Origin: Psammoneis japonica
Taxonomy: Eukaryota
Assembly (NCBI GenBank): GCA_008632985.1
Contig: QPGO01000052.1
Coordinates: forward strand, 124,001 to 188,000
Direction of reading: 5' to 3'
Length of the DNA stretch: 64,000 nucleotides
Shown: positions 48,772-61,029 of the stretch, piece by piece
Numbering within the stretch: the first letter of the stretch is position 1
How the letters are laid out: the number at the start of each line of letters is the position of its first letter
The notes under the pieces: generated by a model
The model's database searches: none
What the model was told of the DNA's origin: nothing
Seen by the model: the letters and a program-made list of their open reading frames with translations, nothing else
Program-made: the position numbers and the translations under genes

Positions 48772-49331
48772 GGACAGTGCGTTCTACATGGCCTAGAAAG
48801 GTTTTCTCGCTACGGTAGCGATGATAAAGTCTGACAGTAGGGCACTTTAGGAACCCATATTTCCCAGCTGGGGTCATTTTAAAATACTAATATATGTGGT
48901 CTCTCTCTTCGCTGTACCATTTTCGGTCTAGGGCCCAGTTTGTACCGAGTCTACTGCGATTATTTTGGTTATCTCTCTCGTCCTCATCACAGCTACCGTA
49001 CTCTCTACTCTAGCTCTAGAGCTACAATTGCTGGGGTAGCTACTTAGGCTTACTCTAGAGAGTAGACTCTCTAGCAACTTCGAGGTAGTAGAGTAGACTC
49101 TCTCTACTACTAGAGTAGCACCGGTGCTGTCCACTCTGAACTCTGCGCGACGACAACCCCGAACCCGGAAACCGCCACGCTCCACGATTGATGTTAGCGA
49201 TGCGGCGATGAGCGATGATCAGATGGCAAACTACTTCTTCTGTACAGTGGATAGTAGCAGCGATAGCAGCAGATGGTTATGCATGTCTTTTCAGACAGCG
49301 CACAACGCAACAGTCGTAATCAGCTAGCATA

Positions 49332-50908
49332 ATGGCGGCTAGTGACAAGAAGACAGAGACCGGGAAGATCATGAGCAAGAGAGTGTCACAGACAAAGCCC
49401 CCTTTCTTTGTTTCGGTTTCGATTGCGCTGCTGTCGTTGAGCGCTGGGATTTTGACGCCGCCCCTAGTTTCTTATTTCGACATTTCTCATCCTTTGGGGG
49501 GAGAAAATGCGATACAGAGATGGATTTCTCAATTTTCTACGCCACAACCGCACCCTTGTTCCGAGGAAGCATTGTCTCACTTTTTACATGAAGAGTCGGT
49601 GGCAGGTATGCACGTGATCTGCGCAGAAAAGTCTTCTGACAATAACTCGCTGAAGCTCATACTATTTGCTGGAGCAAAGGAAACGACTGCGCCGCAGGAG
49701 TTCACATCCAATAACAGCTGGGCTGGAATACGCGATGCACTCGAGAGCAATTTACATCTAAAACCACAGGACGAACTTCATCAGCCATGGGCGATCTTTT
49801 CGTCTGTCGGAGAAAGACTAGTTGACGAAGATACTAGTGATGACCGGCCAGATGTAAGAGACACGCTCGTCTCCTCTGGTTTAGTGTTACTTTTTGAAGG
49901 CGGCCAGTGGCTTTGGCCCGGCGTCAGGTACGCGACGTGCACTGGTCAGGTTCTTCGATATGGGCGTGCCTTTTTTGTGCTGGACCCACGCTCACTTGTA
50001 AACCTTGTCACCAACGATGCGTTTGACTCCCAGAGTAGGATTCATGCGCTCTGTTGAGCTGTACTCTATAATGCCGGGAAATTCAAATCTTAGTTTGTCT
50101 GAGAAGAGAAGGACAGTGGTGTTGGAAACTCTTTCTCTTAAACCTCTTGTATTGTCAGTGGAGGGTTTCTTGTCGCCTTTTGAATGCGACCATGTTAGAA
50201 CTGTCGCAGAACCCATGATGGAATATTCCCCAGTTGTTCTTATGGACAAGGATAGGGGAAAGGAAGCGAGTGAATGGAGGACAAGCCAGACGGCATTCGT
50301 CGCCGGTCAAGATGAAGTGTTTGTAGATCTTGAACACCGAACCGCAAGTTTGACGCGTATACCAGTGAACCACCAAGGTAAGTGCTAGTACGTGCACCAA
50401 CGCAGACTAACATTGGGGAAATCGATGCAGGCATTGAAATACTATGTTAGGGATGCCGACCCGGATGACTCACAAGCTTCGTGTTCTGAACTTATTGCAA
50501 TTTATCAAAGAACATTTGCAAGTTCTTCGCTACGGCGTCAACGAGCACTATGCCGCACACACCGACTACTTCGATCCGGCTTACTACCGGGAAGACCCCG
50601 ACACACTCGAACTGATTCAGAACGGTAGGCGACAGAGACTGGCGACTGTGTTTTGGTATCTATCGAATGTGGAAGATGGAGGGGAGACTGCCTTTCCGTA
50701 CGCCGTTGGTCACGAGACCGAGGACGAGTGCGAAGATGGTCTAAGAGTGAAACCACAGAGGGGAAAAGTCATTATTTTCTATAGCTTAACGGCTGGTGGT
50801 GAGATGGACATACTCTCAACGCATGCCGCCTGTCCCGTCAAGGCTGGCCTGAAGAATGCGGCGAATAAATGGGTTTGGAATGGGGCCTTTTCTGAGGATG
50901 AAATGTGA
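49332..50908 (+). CDS. P4H: Prolyl 4-hydroxylase alpha-like dioxygenase (paralog 2)
   Basis: Exons 49332-49927, 50034-50377 and 50511-50908; QVLRY, HTD, GGETAFP, STHAACPV and ANKWVWN motifs. Confidence 0.93.
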
Positions 50909-51564
50909 TGAGCGGTTTTAGATGATATGGATTTGCTGTGATTGCGGTCTTAACGAATTCGAAATCCGTAGGAAACCATAGTCGAACAGTAAAACTTAAT
51001 TTCTACACAACGCACGGAAACTAGCAAAGTATGAAAAAGATCAGAATGACTGATGCCTCCTCCGTAGTGAAGAGGCTCTGCATGGCTTCGGAACAACGCA
51101 TCACGTAGCTCCTGCTCTAAGTCCCGTAGCCACCGGTACGACCACGGCATGAGGCTGATCACCCCTGACTTGAATTGCGAATACTGTCCATTCAGAAATG
51201 ATCAACGGTGCTCTACTAGCTCTACTCTGTCTCTAGAGAGTACCTACAGTGTAGAGGTACTACAGTAGCTACTCTAGCTACAAAGTCTGGGACCAAAAAA
51301 GTTGTGAGTTCAGTGCCGTCCGTCCGTCATGCAGGCGGTGCGTGGTGGTTCATGCATCGTCGCAGTCGTCAGAAGAGCTGCGGTCAGAGAACCACACTCC
51401 ACCCTCATGAGATGATTCATGATACATGTTGACGAATAGCCCTACAGTACCAACTTTTAACTAATTGTTTCCAGCGTTGGCTACTGCTATAGAGAGAAAA
51501 GAGAGTTGAATGAGGAGAGATAAAGAAACATGGGAGTGCCTTCTACGATTGAAACTTTGCAAGT

Positions 51565-53625
51565 ATGAGCCTTCGTCATGGTGCTGTCACGGCATTTGCA
51601 CGAAGCGTACGGTGCACGCATCGTGCGATGGTGCGTTCGAGAAAAAGGCACCGACGTTGTGGTCGACTCGATGGAGTCCATGTACCGGTACACAGCACAC
51701 ACCTGCCGCCATCTCTACCAGTTCATTGCATACAAGCATATTCCACATCAGGTGAAGAACGAGAATCATCCAGCGCCTGCGATATTTCGCGCAAACATAT
51801 TGACACAAGAGAGTACGCGGAGGAGATTGTCCACTTGTTCAACTCGGGCGGCCGCGATGCAGGACGCAAGGCCGAGAGGCTCTTGATGGAAATGGAAAAA
51901 GCATCGGAAAATAACAAAGATGTGGAGCCTCCGCCAACTTCTTTGTACAACAAAGTGATTTCAATGTACGGAAGGACTTCAAGAGGTCACGATGCCGAAC
52001 GGATACTCAGACATATGTTTTCCAGGCTTGACACAACGCCTGGGAGTACCAGAAATGATTGGGCGCAACCAAACTCTGTCAGCTTCAATGCGTGCATATC
52101 CGCATGGGCAGCTTCTCGAGGTGGGGCAATGCGTGCGGAAACACTGCTTCGTGAAATGATTGAACGTCACGACATGGGTGACAATAATTTGACCCCGGAT
52201 TCACACTCGTTCAACGCAGTGATTGCTTCCTACGTGCGTGGAGAACGCCAACATGATCGACTTGGAGTTATCATGCAACTCATGATTCAGTGTTCAGAGA
52301 GACCTGACTCAAATGTAAAAGTTGACACGGTCACTCTTTCCAATGTCATTAGGCTGTTAGCAAAGAGCCGCAGTAAGGGTGCTGCACGGCAGGCCTTGGC
52401 AATTCTTGAGAGAATGGAAGTTATGTACGAACGAGGAAACGAGACTGTAAAACCTGATGGTATCGCCTACTCGTCTGCTATTACAGCGCTAGCCAAGAGT
52501 GGCGAAGCGGGTGCAGCCGACAAAGCGCTTCAGCTCTTCCAACGTATGGAGCTTCAATACAACAAATCGGGTGATTTTGGTGTGAAACCAGACACTGTGA
52601 CGTTCAATGCTGTCCTTGATGCTTTTGCTAACAGCAGAGAACGAGGGAGCGCCAATAAAGCTCAGAGTTTGCTGCAACTTATGCATCATCGATACAAAGC
52701 AGGCAACGCCGATGTTAGGCCAAACACTGTCAGTTATGCCACCGTCATGTTGGCGTGGAAGAACAGTCAAGATGTAAATGCTGCCGATAAAGCTGAGGCA
52801 CTGCTACGAAAATTGCAAGAGTTACACCGAGCGGGAGATGAGTGCATGGAGGTGAATACTATTTGTTTCTCCACTGTCATTTCTGCCTATTCAAAAGTCG
52901 GGACACGGCACGCTGCCGAACGTGCAGAAGCGCTTTTGAACGAAATGAACGAGCTTCATGCATCTGGACTCGATAGCGTTCATCCGAATGCAGTCACGTA
53001 CACTTCCGTTGTCGAGGCTTGGGCTACAACTGGGGATCCTCAAGCGGTGACCAGAGCAGAAGACATCATTCGGAAGATGGAGTTGGCAAGTGCCAACAAT
53101 GCAGCTTTGGAACCTACCACATTACCTTCAACACATTGATAAAAGCGATCGAAAAGAGTCACATAGAGGACAAGGCGCGAAAGGCTGAGAAGATCTTAAT
53201 CACCATGCGAGCGTTGAACGATGCCGGCAAGAGCCGCGTGAAGCCAACTGTTCGCACCTATAACGCCGTTTGCAGGCTTGCGCGACTACAGAAGGTAGCT
53301 TAGAGGTCAAGGAGAACGCACTTGGGCTAGTACTGAACTTATTGCAAGAATTACGAGGAAGAGATTGCGATGTACAGCCCGATCTCTACACATACCCCAC
53401 TGCTCTTAAGGCATGTGGTAACTTGGCGGAAACAGCAACTCTTTCCGGAAAGTATTTGATTTCTGCTGCATAGATGGCATGGTGAATTTGATGGCCCTCA
53501 ACCATGTCCGACGAGTTGCACCTGGTTACCTACAAAAGTTGGTGGGAGCCCCGGCCTCGGACATACGGCTAGAACACGTCCCACCAACGTGGACTCGAAG
53601 GGTTCGAAGGAAGCGGGAGAAATGA
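51565..53625 (+). CDS. Pentatricopeptide repeat (PPR) protein, probably organelle-targeted
   Basis: Repeated PN/PD.VSFNA.I.AWA...A.RAE.LL..M units; ends VPPTWTRRVRRKREK*. Three apparent 1-bp frame breaks near 53120, 53270 and 53460. Confidence 0.9.
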
Positions 53626-53651
53626 TCATCGACTCAAGATGAGCTGTCACA

Positions 53652-54725
53652 TCAACTTTGTTGCTTTCGCCTTTTGTCGTGCCATAGCCATTTGAGCCGA
53701 CAAGCTTTGAATGTGATCTTGCTGCTCACATGTTGTGCTGCGAAGTGTTTAGCAATACTCAATTTCGCATACATCAAACGCCAGGTTGCACACACTGGTA
53801 GTATAATGATGATACAGGCATCCGCTTCAATCCGACACTCATCCAAACATTCCACCTCTTCGTCCTTGTCCTCTTCATCCTCGTCCAGTTCGAAGCATTG
53901 ATCCTCACACAGTTCTTGCAAGTCAAAGCAACGGTTTCTAGCTACCTCCACGCACTCTTCGAGGCCTGCAGTGCACTGACTGCATGCGTTATTGTTGCCC
54001 GCATCGTCATCATCCACGTATGCAGCACGGTCGATACTAGATGGATTGTCATCGCTACTGCTTTCGCCTGTTCCAATGACGACAACAGCCGTCACAGTCA
54101 CAACAGCGGCGACAGCTACCGCGACAACAAGTAGCAAACACAAAACCCGTCGTTTTCCGAGCAACGTGAGATACGTCTCTTGCCTGCTTTCTGCTGGTAG
54201 TGGTCTGTCAGGTATTGCCGACGCCTCGACAATGGGCTGAGCGGCATCCACCAGTACAACAGAATCAGAGGCAACTGGATCATCGTGTATCAACTCGGCA
54301 TTGACAATGGGAGCATCTTGCACGCTTCCACCATGGGAACTTGCCGTGAGACGCCGTTGAAAGACTGCTCCAGGCGCCCGTGGCGCCATTTCTTCTTGCG
54401 TTTCATCGCGGTCTTGCTTCGATGGGGGTTGCGGTACAGACGAAGTATCCTGCTCTTCACTCGCACTCTTGTCTTCTTGATCTAGCACCTTTTCAACTTC
54501 ATGACTAATTTCTGCACATCTTTGCTCCTCGACATCATTCAATAGCACACTTTCCACATCATCGTCATTCACGGGGACTGCTGTGCTTATTTCCTCATTG
54601 ACCGTACTAGTAGCACCTTCTTCGTCGTCACTCGCAGCGTCTGCCGACGTCACTTCTCCTGACGGTCTCTGAATTTCAGAATTGTCTCCATCTTCTTTGT
54701 CCGTGTTGCATTCTTTAGAATTCAT
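53652..54725 (-). CDS. Hypothetical single-pass membrane protein: acidic N-terminus, TM helix, Cys-rich C-terminal part
   Basis: 357-aa ORF; VLCLLLVVAVAVAAVVTVTAVVVIG TM segment, then periodic Cys residues. The 3' end is uncertain. Confidence 0.7.
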   Translation of the reverse strand: MNSKECNTDKEDGDNSEIQRPSGEVTSADAASDDEEGATSTVNEEISTAVPVNDDDVESVLLNDVEEQRCAEISHEVEKVLDQEDKSASEEQDTSSVPQPPSKQDRDETQEEMAPRAPGAVFQRRLTASSHGGSVQDAPIVNAELIHDDPVASDSVVLVDAAQPIVEASAIPDRPLPAESRQETYLTLLGKRRVLCLLLVVAVAVAAVVTVTAVVVIGTGESSSDDNPSSIDRAAYVDDDDAGNNNACSQCTAGLEECVEVARNRCFDLQELCEDQCFELDEDEEDKDEEVECLDECRIEADACIIIILPVCATWRLMYAKLSIAKHFAAQHVSSKITFKACRLKWLWHDKRRKQQS

Positions 54726-55049
54726 TCTGATGCTTCTTGACGTCTTGAAGCGAGTGAGATGGGAATGAGGTTACCTTAATACCTTTAGTTTTGGTTATTG
54801 TTGACCTCAAACCTCAAACTCAAAACACGTTGTGCTTTTGGAAGGATCGGATCGCTCGTGGGCTCCCGCAGTTTTGTTGTCGCCTTGATGCATGGACAGA
54901 CTTTCCCGCGCGATCTTTCATATCCGGGTTTCTTGTCTATCGTGAGCCACGAGCCACGAGCCACGAGCGAAACTCACAATGACAGATGCTACTTGGCTAT
55001 TGTGCGCTGCGGTCATCAGCTTTGTGTGAAACATTAGTTAGCTGAGAAC

Positions 55050-58000
55050 ATGTATCCACCACCGCCACCTCCTCCTCCACCTCCTCCTCCACCACCGCCG
55101 CCGCGATCGTTGCAGCATACGTCTTATTCTGGAGCAGGGTACACAAAGAATGAACCTTACGGTGCAGTTCCTGTTTCCACCACGCGGCGTCGGACATCCG
55201 AAGCGTTGCAGTCGTCGCAGCCGTATCAACAGCAGCAGCAACAGCAGCAGCATTATCAACAGCAGTCATCTCCAAGCTACTATGTGTCAGCTCCGCCGCC
55301 ACAGCAGTCCTATGCGACGTCTTCTGCGCCCACGTCTGCCGGGGTGATGCGCTCTGCTTCCTTTTCTTCCGCTACAGCAGCACGGTATCAGCACAACGTC
55401 ACCGCCCTGCTGTTTATGTCGCCTATTTTGACGGTTTTGTGGTGGAATCCATCATCTGTTCCGCTTCAGGTTTCTCTCTTTGTATGCTTGGCACTGTATG
55501 CCATGGACTTGGCGAATGAACGAGACATGGCTGCTCTCACAGTGTGGATTGCCTTTGCGATTCTGGCGGTCACCAACGCGTGGTGCAGTCTAGGAAGCCC
55601 GTTGTTGGATAGCACTTCTCAGGGCTTTGAGGGAGGAGTTCGCACTGTGCTGGTGGAAACTTTGCTTTTTCTGTGTGCGGCATGTTTGGCTACACTGCAA
55701 TTCGAATGGCTGTTTGCAGATACCGCCTCCTTTGCAATAAAAACGGAGCGATTACTTCATTCCCTTCTTCCACCGGTTGCGGCCAGCATTGTCACGTTTC
55801 AACTAACTTCAATATTGGAAAGCTATTGGGGTGTTGATCGAGCTGCCACTGCGAGTCCTTTTTTGTTTGCAATACTTTTGACGTGTGGGATGCTGTTTGT
55901 TGGATGCGCCACGACGTCGTTCTCATCAATGCCGGCAGATGACAAAAAGGACCTGCGCTTTGTGCTATCGCTTACCGATGCGCGACTTCACTCTGCTTTA
56001 CTGCTCATTGTTCCAAGCTTGATGCACACGACAGCGTTCTGGCGTAGGATTATCAGCTCCTACGCATCGACGGATGAATGGTACGATTTGATATTGGTTT
56101 GGTCTGTCCCATACATGCTGCAATATGGATTGGGACTGTTACATCATGCAGGGGTATGGAAGGGACCTTATGCTATGTCATCATCGGTTTTCTTTCCTCA
56201 ATCTGGAAACACACTACGAGGTGTCGTGGTTCCCATGGTGGTATCCACAATGGCGTCGTTGGCATTACAACAACGACACTTGATTCCGGTGTGTAATGCA
56301 ATATCCTATCAGTTTAACGGACACACCATGCCCTCGAGCACAGTCGTGTCAATGTTCTTATCCCTGTCCACGGTGCTTGCGTTGCTTGCCATTTGGGTTT
56401 GGGGAAGAACGTCGGCTGCGACAGGCGAACCGCTGTTCGGTGAATACCATGAGGACGTGGTCCAGTTGAGTTTAGGTCTTAGTGGGATGTTCGCTGGTAA
56501 GGCCGTGGGGATGCCGTGGACTCTGACTCCCCTTCCCGTCCTTGCCTTCTTGGGATTGTCGGTTTGGGTTACAACACGCATGGTACGTTCAACGTAAACG
56601 TTTCGGGATAATTTCTTTCTTCAACGAATCGTTCCTCTCATCACCGCTTTCGTTGGTGTCCTTCAGTTGCGATTCTTGGCCATTGTCTTGTTTGCTCTAC
56701 ACTCTGCTGCGGCACTTCTTTTTTCCTACCGGTTTGCTGGCATCGACTATACCGTTGTACTGTCCATCGGGATTAGCTTGAGGTTGATGCAGTTGGGCAT
56801 GGCGATTGTGTTTGAGTCCATCTTGGTAGGCCTTGTCACGGGACTTGCTGTACGACCGTCCGGAGGAGTAGGTGCATCATATCTGAAGAAGTATGACGTA
56901 CCGGGAATCCTGCTTGCTTGTTATGGAGCATTTCTCACGGTGTTGGAATGCACGCTGCTTAAGGAACCTCTCCCGTTTCATCAATTGATTGACAATGAGG
57001 GACTTGAGGACTCAGATGTTGATCCAGATGCAACCCTCTACACCCCGCTGCTGGCCCTGACCACAAGTTTGATTCTTTTGGTCATGACTTGGTTCATGAA
57101 GCGATTTAAGATCGTGTCAAGTCAAACCGCCGTCGTCACGTCGTCGATCGCAATTGGAAAGGCGATTGCAGTAATGGTGGACATGAGCGGATTCGATGAC
57201 GATGATGCTGCCGCCACCACTCTCAGTCAAAGAGAAGACCCAATCACAGAGAATCGATTGGTGGCCTACAAAATGCTTCGACGATCCTTTGTTGCCTCCA
57301 TGTTGCTAGTGACGATGATAGCCCCATCTGCGTACCTGACTCCGGTTCACGTGAAGACACCTGGGACATCACGATTTAGGCGTTCCCTGAGACCTAGTGG
57401 AGAGCCAGCATCCGGGGTCCCTCGGAACGTCTCTCGTACCATTGCTATTTACTCATTAGTAATCCTTCCTGTCGCTTTGATTCTGGCGGTACCACTTGTG
57501 ATTTCCCCAATGATCGGTTTGCTGTCGGGACGCTACAGCGGCGCCTACTACAGCGTTTCACCTGGTTTTTCCGAGCTTTTGGGTTTGCTTCCGCTTTGTG
57601 GGGTGCGTCGTCGTTGTCTATGATCAATCATTATCTTCCAGATGGCGGTGGTGAAGGGTGGAAAAAGGCATCTGCGCTAACGTTTCTCATGGGGCTGGGC
57701 ATCACACTGTCTGCTCCTACGATTCCCAACTGGTTTGGTTCCAACAAATCTGGACCCAACCCGTTTGCCTCCATTTCCAGTCTCGGGTCGACAATTGTAA
57801 GCACTGGTCGCAGTAAGAGTGGGGGGTGGGGTTTGCTTGCGTCGGCGTTGGCTATGCTTTTGGCCCTCACTGGTCCACTGGAACTACGAGAGCGCCACGA
57901 ACCAACTGGGCGAAAAGATAAGTCACTGTTGCTACGTCTCATGGTATTCAGTCTTTTGTTCGGGGGAGGGGTCGCATGGTTCATCACACTTCAGTTTATG

Positions 58001-59307
58001 AGCGAAGAAAGGTTCTTGCCTGTCTTTCTTACAACAACTGCAAGTATGTCGATGACCTTTTTCGGGACTGTGGCTGGGGTCATGGGTTACTTCTTAGAAT
58101 TAGATGACCTGGAGGAAGTCGAGCAAGTTGTTAGTGTCTGGGCAGGTGCATTCCCGGTGTTTCTGGTAATCTCCGCGACATCGGAGTTTGTTCAAGAAAA
58201 GGCTCATCCATTTGGGATTGGTGGGTGGCTTTCGACGTACCTTTTCGTTTGTGCTATGGTTGCGTTGTCTTTTGCAATGGCCTTGCGTTCGAGAACAACG
58301 AAGAATGCAGCCACACGCGGAATCGGAAATCTCAGCTGTGTTGTGTCTTGGTCCTTCACAATCATTCTGCTTTATGGAAGGTAGGCTCTCCTTGGATTTT
58401 CGCTTTTGGCGTTCGTTTTGCGCTACTGCCTCACGCGTGTCTTGTGTGCCATTCGATGTAATGTCAGATTTGGCATTTCGGGACTGGATGCAGCTTTTGA
58501 CGTCACTCTCATTTTGGGTACACCCGTAAGTTTTTTCTTTTCCTCTGGTTGGTGTTTCTTGGCTTCGATGTTGACCGAATTTATTGATGTTTGGCTTCTT
58601 CCTTCCCTTTCCAGGCATCCGTTTTCGGCACATGTTTGTCGTCACTGATTTTGCTGGCACTAGAAGGGGAAAGCAGTTCGATGGACCGACGGAATAAAAT
58701 CCAGCGAGTTAGCGCTCAACCCCAGAGACCGAAGAAGCTGTCGTACGTGGGCCTGAATTTAAAGGATCTGAATCGTTCAAATAGGTTTGCTCCGCCCGTG
58801 GCGGCTACATCATCGGTTTTAGTCATTGCAGCTGTTTACGGCGTCTTCTTTCGTGGATGCGGCTGGATGGGCAACGTACCAACCAGTCACGAGGGTGTGT
58901 TCGCCAGTGTATATGGCATGGCGTCTCGAACAACGTCTGCCTCTTCGGGCGATGACTTGGCGGCGTTGGCTGCTAAGAACTTGGTTCATAGTCAAGCAAT
59001 GGTGACAGCGGCAAGGATGGCGGGGAGTGGATTTTGGACAGCTGACAGTATTTTTGGTCCACTTCTTCATCTTGTTGGAATAACTGCAACCCTTCCAAGC
59101 CTGTACCTGTTGATACATCACATGTGGAATGGACAGAAGGTCCCGATCGCAAAAGCAACCTTGGCGCTACCGCTTACTTTGATACCGTTAGTGCTTTGTC
59201 GGGGACTCCCCCCATTACGCGCCGTAGCCTTGTTGGCGGGAGTTGGGCTACTGATCCAGCTTCTCCGCTCTAGACATCAGAACTGGCAATCGCGAATGAG
59301 CATATGA
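55050..59307 (+). CDS. Large multi-pass membrane protein similar to plant NO EXINE FORMATION 1 (NEF1)
   Basis: Exons 55050-56582, 56667-58380 (frame break at about 57590), 58468-58525 and 58615-59307. CLATLQFEWL...ERLLHSLLP resembles NEF1 CWTSLQFKWL...ERLLFACVP; poly-P/Q N-terminus. Confidence 0.8.
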
Positions 59308-59966
59308 CGTAAAAGTGTAGAAAAGGCCTTTACAATTGACGCAGAGCGAAGACCAGTCTTGAGGTACAGTTCGCGAAGTCTTAGAAGTATAATAGATCTT
59401 GCGGTGCGTACATTGTTCATAATTCATAATCGAAATACGAATTGTCCTTCCTTGAGGTATTCCACCAGAGCGATATTTGTGTCATCGAAAGGCCTCCGTC
59501 GTCACCACGGTTTCCGGATCCAGAACGCACAAATTGGTAATGAGGTAGCAGCAGAGTGGCTCAGCAAGTGCGAAAGGCTGGGGAAAATCAATAACAAATG
59601 TCATCACTGCATGGTATGTACCGTACCGATCATCTCGACGGGTAAATTGCAAGTATAGGGCAGTCCACGAGCCACGAGGGAGAGCAACACGGAACTACAG
59701 GGGCGAAGGACTGTCCAGGAATTGACTACTCGTTTTACGGTGCCGCTCAGCGTCTCGATGGCGATCGGTCAGCCGCGCCATTCTACGGCAATGCTTTCAT
59801 AAGATCTTTCGCATGCATAGAACCAAGTGCTATTGGAGCAACTACCAAACTCACTGAGAACAAGTGGAGTTTGTTCATCCGATGAAAACGGAGCTCAATC
59901 AGTTGAACTCTAGAATTGTCGCTCTAGATGCATCGTCACTGATTTAGTCTGTTCCAACACGACTTC

Positions 59967-60947
59967 TCACAGACTTCCATTTTGAGGAGCGATCTCAATC
60001 AAGATATTGTCGACCACTAAACCAACACTCCATGGTACGCCCAGTGCCTTGGATGAAGCTTGTCCGCAAGTACGAAGCCTGAGAGCGCTGGCCGATAGGC
60101 GCAGTTTGTGTAATGGCAAGCTTTCGCCTCTAGATTGAGCAGTAAAAGGCACTCGAATGGGCGCCCACAAAGCCTTAATACTTGGGGTCCACAATACAGG
60201 CAAAGCTCCCCATCGAGTTTTGGAATCGTCGCTGCGTAGTATTTGAGAATTTCTCCAACCGTTGACTACTATCTGCGCTTGCTGCGACACAGCAGAATCC
60301 GGAGGAGCCGCTACAAACAATGATTCTTTTTCTCCACCTTGTAAGAACTGAATGTCCGCCTCCTCTGCAGGAACATTCCAAATTTCTCGACATACATCTT
60401 CTGCCTCTTTCGTGCTTACATACAATCTAGAGCCCCACTGCCCAAGTGCTCCTCCCTTGAAAACTAAGGCTCCCATGGTAACGTATTCACGATATGGACC
60501 TTCAGCGGATAATGTCAAGTCAGAAGTTGTTTAGTATCAACAAATAAAAGCGAACAAACGCGTTTATGCTGCAAGAGAGTTCCCTAAGCTCACCAACTGG
60601 AGAATCATCGTATTCCAGAGCGACCACTCCACCTATCGTCCACCCGAAGAGCGACAAAATGGAGACTCCGTCTGGCGGAGCCGGCAAATTGTTTTCGCGG
60701 CTCGAAACTGCTTTATCACAGACAAGTTCAATTTAATCGGTAGTTAGCCGCAATCCATTAGCATTGTAAATTTAATTCGTATATGAAATCAACCCTTACC
60801 CAGAACAAACGACGGTCGGAACCACAGTCGACCAGAGAAGCAGTAGGGATAATCTTTGCTGCCATTGCTGTTTCGGTTCATCAAAGACAACGCAGCTGCC
60901 GCTGGACGCAGTAGCAGAAGCAAGAGCAAACGGTGCAAGAGCGTCAT
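59967..60947 (-). CDS. Acetoacetate-decarboxylase-fold / NEOXANTHIN-DEFICIENT 1-like protein with a signal peptide
   Basis: Three exons (60947-60800, about 60710-60594, about 60500-59967) give YPYCFSGRLWF...LFGWTIGGVVALEYDDSPVGPYREY...WGSRLYVS...IWNVPAE, resembling NXD1 FGYTLGG...YDDSPAG. Confidence 0.72.
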
Positions 60948-61029
60948 TCGAATGCTTTGGGCGATTGTGACATACACTGGAAGTGCTTGCTGCTACCAGT
61001 AAGGCTTGTATCTTGCATCTTCTAAAAAA

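Noticed and set aside
53100..57600. Frameshifts in the PPR and NEF1-like genes (and gene A) as programmed frameshifting or pseudogenisation
   Set aside because: Most are single-base losses in short homopolymers (gtttgcagg, gggtttgct, ccgtttttgag) in otherwise intact genes; sequencing indel errors are more likely.
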